Shown here piece by piece: positions 58,084 through 64,000 of a stretch of DNA of 64,000 bases (within the stretch, counting starts at the first letter, position 1; the number at the start of each line of letters is the position of its first letter). The DNA lies in assembly GCA_964016885.1 (NCBI GenBank), contig OZ024743.1, forward strand, positions 363,630,001 through 363,694,000, read 5' to 3'. The notes below the pieces were generated by a model. The model was not told the DNA's origin, ran no database searches, and saw only the letters and a program-made list of their open reading frames with translations. The stretch comes from Eledone cirrhosa (taxonomy: Eukaryota). A program made the position numbers and the translations under genes.

Positions 58084-60073
58084 AACTGGGAAACAAACAA
58101 AAATTGTTTTTCTTCGTATCTATGATTTTATTTTACCGTAACCTGGATATTTTCACACCACTGATTCAGGAAACAGTATCTGTTTTATTCCACCAGCTCT
58201 AGTTCTTACTTTATTACCATTCTGAAATGGTATTATAAGTTGCTCGTAAATCTAAATGCATCTATAGAATTAAGTTGTAGCTATGATATTGCTGACATTT
58301 TGTTGGTGTTACTGTTTTGCATATAAATTGTACATTATGTGAAATCTTTCCTTCTTCAGATGATGGCATGGTTTTATCACGAACAAAAATGCTTAAATCA
58401 TCTAAATGTTTTTTTTCTTTAATTTTTGCTTTCTTTTTGTAGAAAGTATTTATTTATTGAACAGAGAAAAACTATTGGTGATTTTGTTAAAAAGCTTATT
58501 TTACCTATCTCAAAATACAACTGGAGGATCGAGATAGGCTATGAACTCCTTGTATTGTGTGTAAAATGTGTACGGAACATCTGCAACAATGGACCAACAA
58601 AAAGAGGTGTCTAACGTTTGGTATATCTATGGTATAGAAAGAACAGAAAAATCACAGTGATGACTGTTGCATTTGTTATATGAATATAAAGGACATCAAT
58701 GGGCGTTACTGACGTATCATGGCGTAGTCTCAGCTAGACAGCCTGATGCACATTCAAATAAGATACCTGTCCCATCATTCAACCATCTTCCAGAACTCCT
58801 TCAAGATGATAATGAATCTACTACTGACAAAGAGAGCGTATATGGGTAATATGACAATGATTTCGAAGAACCGTCATCAGATGCAGACGGTTCTAGCCAA
58901 CATAAATTGAACGAAAGAAATCATCTGATTTGTTAGCTTCTGGGCTGGGAGGAAACAAATACTGTCCCATGAACTAAAATTGCGTTATATCGGGACAGAG
59001 AAAATGTTTCTCTTCTTCTCAAAAGAGAACGATTTTGTTTTCTGTAACAATGTGTGAGGATTGATGAAACTAGGCATATCGGAATGAAGACCAAGTGAAT
59101 AGCCGTTATTCATAGATATCTCCAGACGAAGCCTGGCCATTTGGTCGGTATGAGTGAAGAACACGGGACAGTCACTCTAGTCCTAGAAACGATATTGCAC
59201 TGAGACTAACAACGCAAGTTCTGTGTGGATCTTCAGATAGTGATTTTTCTCATGACTCAGCAGTGTGTGCACATCAACTATCTGTGTTTTTTATGTCTAG
59301 GGGCAGCAGAGCTAAAGAGGAAGATTGGGTGAGAAGACAGTGGCCTCTGTAAGGGACATGTTTTGCATACTTATACAAACAATTTCCTGTGGTGAGCATG
59401 GAAAAGTTAAAGGAAGGTTGTTGTTTAGTATGGTTGTGAAGAATTTCTTGGGAACTACAAGGCCGATAACTATAGTGAACTTGTGGAGAGTATTTTATCG
59501 TCTTTTTATAACTTGACTATAATATAAGCATCAAATTGTATTAATTACCTCCAAATTTATTTGGATCGTTTCCCAGAAAACTTCGGTGATTTGAGTAAGG
59601 AACAAGATGAACGATTTCACCAAGAACTAAAGGCCATGGAAGAATGGGTCGCAGACAATGGGATACTCATATGGTGGCAGATTACTGCTAGAATTTCCAA
59701 CATGTAAGTCCAGGCATATTTCTTTGCAAGAAATCTCAGAAACGTAGTTTACGTGAGATCTCTTAATGGAAGAAAATTTCTTTTTCTTTCGTGTCCTGAG
59801 TTTGTTTGAATTAAATGAATATATTTATGTAGTCTATGCTTGTTTAATGTTATTTTCAGACATTCATCATGATTTTGTATTCACTTGGCAGTTACATTGA
59901 TTACCAGTCAGCAATTATATAATGTATGTTATATAATAACATATTCAAATGTATATCATATAAACAATATAAACAGAGCCGGTGGATAACAGCTGATGTC
60001 ATTTTAAGAGTCAGCAATCTCTATATACCCAGAAAAGGTCTAACACCTAAGTCGCAAAATTTGTGTTCCATTG
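58084..60073 (+). mobile_element. Decayed Chapaev3-like (CMC superfamily) DNA transposon
   Basis: KCLNHLNVF; WTPCIVCKMCTEHLQQW..FGISMV.KEQKNHSDDC; LDRFPENFGDLSKEQDERFHQELKAMEE..W..HMVADYC; termini approximate. Confidence 0.7.
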
Positions 60074-60216
60074 ATTTAAATGAATGTAAAACAAAATAGA
60101 GTGATGGCCTCAATGAAAAGAGGGAGAGAGTCAACAAAAATCGAGGATTCAAGCATCTTTATATAAAATGTAATTAAGGAATTATAAAAACTAAATAGCT
60201 TTTACTATAAACCCTG

Positions 60217-60312
<96 letters not shown>

Positions 60313-60339
60313 TATATATAGATATAAATACACACAGAA

Positions 60340-60400
<61 letters not shown>

Positions 60401-60577
60401 TATCTTCCTGTTATTTCAAGCGTTAAACTAATATATTTCTACCATATACTGTACCGATTGTGTTGTCATTTCTGTTTACCTTTACATTTATATATATATA
60501 TATCAATATTAATATTATACTCCAGAAAACGTGTCGAGTGCTTCGAATCTGTTACTAACAAATTAAATATCTCTTTG

Positions 60578-60640
<63 letters not shown>

Positions 60641-60674
60641 GAGAGGTATAGAGATTGTTTTATATATATAGAAT

Positions 60675-60830
60675 AGATGAATAGAAAATGAAAGTGCTTT
60701 TTTAAAAAGGAATTTATTAGGTATTGACATATGTTTCTGTAACAGACGGAATATTCCGTCTGTTACAGAAACATATGTCAATACCTAATAAATTCCTTTT
60801 TAAAAAAGCACTTTCATTTTCTATTCATCT
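60675..60830. repeat. Perfect 156 bp palindrome containing an HHR 3' half
   Basis: Centre ggaat|attcc; arms contain GAAAcatatgTCaatacctAATAAA. Confidence 0.9.
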
Positions 60831-60901
60831 TTTCTACATTTTCTCCGGAATATAATCTATACTCGTTGAGCAAAATACATATATATGTACATATCAAACA
60901 T

Positions 60902-61000
60902 TTAATACAGAAATTACTTCTACAGGTCTAGAACTGTTTCATTCGTATAATTTCATACGAATGAAACAGTTCTAGTCCTGTAAAAGCCAATTCTGCATTA
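60902..61000. repeat. Imperfect ~100 bp palindrome
   Basis: ctagaactgtttcattcgtat / atacgaatgaaacagttctag. Confidence 0.75.
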
Positions 61001-61057
61001 ATTGTTTTGTTTTCACTAATATATTAAGTACCTTATTCAGAGTGGTTACTCCTAATT

Positions 61058-61141
<84 letters not shown>

Positions 61142-62215
61142 TCTCTCTATCTCCCTCATATATATATATATGAAGTCTATTATGAATTAATATAAAACAG
61201 CTTATGTAATGCAATATAGTGTTTTGTAGAAAAAAAAATTATTTATATATGAGGGGGTTGAAAGCGGACCAGGCTTTTGAACTTGTAACAGGAGGATATA
61301 CGGAAAAAAGATGAGAAACACTAATGTGTGTGTGTGTATATATATATATAATTATATATATACTATATATATATATATATGTGTGTCTGTGTGTGTGAGT
61401 GTGTGTGTGTGTGTGTGGTGTATATATATATATATATATTCTTACAAACGCGCATACCTGCAGGCATGATATATATAAATATATACATATATATGTGTGC
61501 GTGTGTATGTGTGTGTATTTGAATTATGTGAGCCCTGCAACATAAATAGTCATAATAAGAGAGATAATTGAGAAAAACGGGTAAAAAATTTACTCATTTT
61601 ATATTTTTTAGTACTCTAGTACTCGACTATTATTATAATCACTAGCAGAAAAACCACCCTATGAGTGGTTTTTTGCTAGCATGTGGTGTGTATATTGATA
61701 TTATACACAAATATATATGCATGTAATATGTTACATCAAATAAAATCGTAATTGACAATATACACAGAAATTGAACAAAGCCTATGTTACACTGTCTTCT
61801 GTAATCAGTAATCCATGATATATTTAAAAAAAGACGACATTATATATAAATTGCATTAGGAGAAAATTAGCGTCGGAAATATATGCGATTATAAGAGTTC
61901 TAATATAACGGCCGCTAACAGGAAGTGTTGACATTTGATAATTTTAAAGAAGTGAATTTTAAAGATTAAGCTATAAAATATATTTAATCAACAGCCACGA
62001 AATTTAGCACATAAATTATGTAATATTCATTCATTATTTATTCAAAGTAATCCAACTTATTTTACAAACGGGGTAAAAAAATATATTCTGGACGCAATCC
62101 CGCAGACCTTCCTTTATTATAGTTAAGATTTATGTTGGGACAATTACATTTTGAATTTTAAATTTCCTCAATGTTTCATAAGTCAACGCCTTGTATATAT
62201 ATATATATGTATGTA

Positions 62216-62368
<153 letters not shown>

Positions 62369-62546
62369 GTGTGTGTGTATATCTATCTATCTATATATAT
62401 ATATATACGTGTTTGACCATAAAGTAGGTATTTTGTCCTGAATATATTGCATTAGATATGTGTACAAAATACTGTTTTTTTAAAACGATACGTGACTATT
62501 TTTTTATTTCTAAATATATCTTTTAGATTACACACACATACATACG

Positions 62547-62609
<63 letters not shown>

Positions 62610-62614
62610 GTATG

Positions 62615-62671
<57 letters not shown>

Positions 62672-62929
62672 AGATCAAAAGATGGTTAAAGGAGTTCCAT
62701 GTATTTTATTATGCGCATTTCAAAAACAAACATCATCAAGCAATAATATTTGTGTTTTCATCAGATAAAACAGGAGAACATGATATGAAGGCTAAAAAAC
62801 ACTTGTGGATAGTGCAGTCTTAAATCAACATATGAAAAGTGGTTTTAGATTGATGAAAATATATTTGGAAAAAAAAAAATATATATATATATATTTTATT
62901 TAGAGAGGGGGGGGGAAGGATGAAAAGGG

Positions 62930-63240
62930 AAGGAGATGAGAGGGAGAGATGGGTGATAGAGAGAAAGAGATAGTTTTTATAACTGAGAGGAGATATATTT
63001 TTTACATAGAGGGGTTGAAAACCGTTGGAAGATACTGTATAAATTAAAAATTTTGAAAATTAACGAAGGGAGGATATGTGCGAGGAAAAAATATGAAAAA
63101 AAGGGGGAGGAGATGAGAGTGAAGGTGGAGAGGGAGAGATGGGTGATAGAGAGAAAGAGATAGTTTTTATAACTGAGAAAAAGATATATTGTTTTAATAT
63201 AGAGAGGTTGGGAACCGTTGGAAGATAATGTATAAATTAT
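62930..63240 (+). repeat. Tandem duplication, ~190 bp period
   Basis: gagagggagagatgggtgatagagagaaagagatagtttttataactgaga occurs twice. Confidence 0.75.
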
Positions 63241-63570
63241 ATTTAATGTTTTTGTCTTTTAAGGACCATATGAGTTCTGAGAGAGCAGTGTTAGTTCGTT
63301 TAAGTTTGTATTTGAAAGATGAATGATGATTAAAAGAACTTAAAAGAACTAACACTGCTCTCTCAGAACTCATATGGTCCTTAAAAGACAAAAACATTAA
63401 ATATACCATCTTTTGGAAGAAGATTTCTTCTGCATCCTCATACTTGAACAGCTCTCTATCTAAAATCTGTAATCTCCGCCTAAATGAAAAATTTACCATT
63501 ATCTCTAACCTAGATTCTATAATAAATAGACGCTCAGATTTGTTTTCTATCTGCCTGCATAAATTCCATA
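63240..63570 (+). pseudogene. Penelope-like GIY-YIG C-terminal fragment with 5' inversion
   Basis: TALSELIWSLKDKNIKY is present on both strands; plus strand continues WKKI..CNLRLNEKFTII..INRRSDLFSICLH. Confidence 0.75.
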
Positions 63571-64000
63571 GAACTTTTCACAAAGTATACAGTTAATATT
63601 CAATTCTTTATCAATTTAGAATCTTTTCTCAAAGGCACATATACATACACCTCTTTAAAATATACCCATCTACCTTACTTTAAAGGGCATTATACACTCT
63701 ATAATACTCGTTTACTTATTACCCTCATTCTATCTTCTCGTAAAATAATAACATTTGTTTTTGACATTTTGAATATTCATCCGCAATCATTATTATTTTT
63801 TCTCTCTATCATAAATCTTTTTAATCTCAATTTCATCCTTAATTTATTATTATTTTTTCTCCCCATCAACGAACTCATTATTAATACATATTAACTCTTT
63901 ATTCGCACATATTATCAATTCAATATACAAACTTTAACTTCACATTATTTTTCTCAAATCCTTCTACACACAAACCTTAACAATTTTTCTCTTCGCTAAT

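Noticed and set aside
61641-61680. Hairpin ctagcagaaaaaccac / gtggttttttgctag as a Helitron end
   Set aside because: No matching 5' TC terminus or second copy identified

Overview
AT-rich animal genomic DNA, saturated with microsatellites and with no recognisable host gene. The Nin-domain SINEs, (TA)n density and LINE mix suggest an octopus or other coleoid cephalopod (inference). Nearly all (YI)n/(HT)n/(CV)n/(MYVC)n ORFs are microsatellite read-throughs. Real coding remnants are all transposon-derived: Penelope-like RT/GIY-YIG fragments, CR1, RTE (one with three C-terminal C2H2 fingers), R4/Dong, Tx1, Hero-like and CRE-like LINEs, a Chapaev3-like transposase and mariner pieces. A non-autonomous Helitron and several SINEs are also present. 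The main unexplained signal is a dense set of minimal type-I hammerhead ribozyme (HHR) motifs: about a dozen with intact cores plus many variant or half motifs, in at least 8 different non-coding repeats inserted in (TA)n. Two diverged but homologous ~470-480 bp tandem families (A and B) carry one HHR per monomer with co-varying stems, a palindromic helix III and a conserved upstream octamer plus TATA-like block, so they look like retrozyme or Penelope-pLTR-like elements. Many of these insertions are fold-backs whose turn lies in or next to the ribozyme. All structures were folded by eye; nothing was computed or searched.
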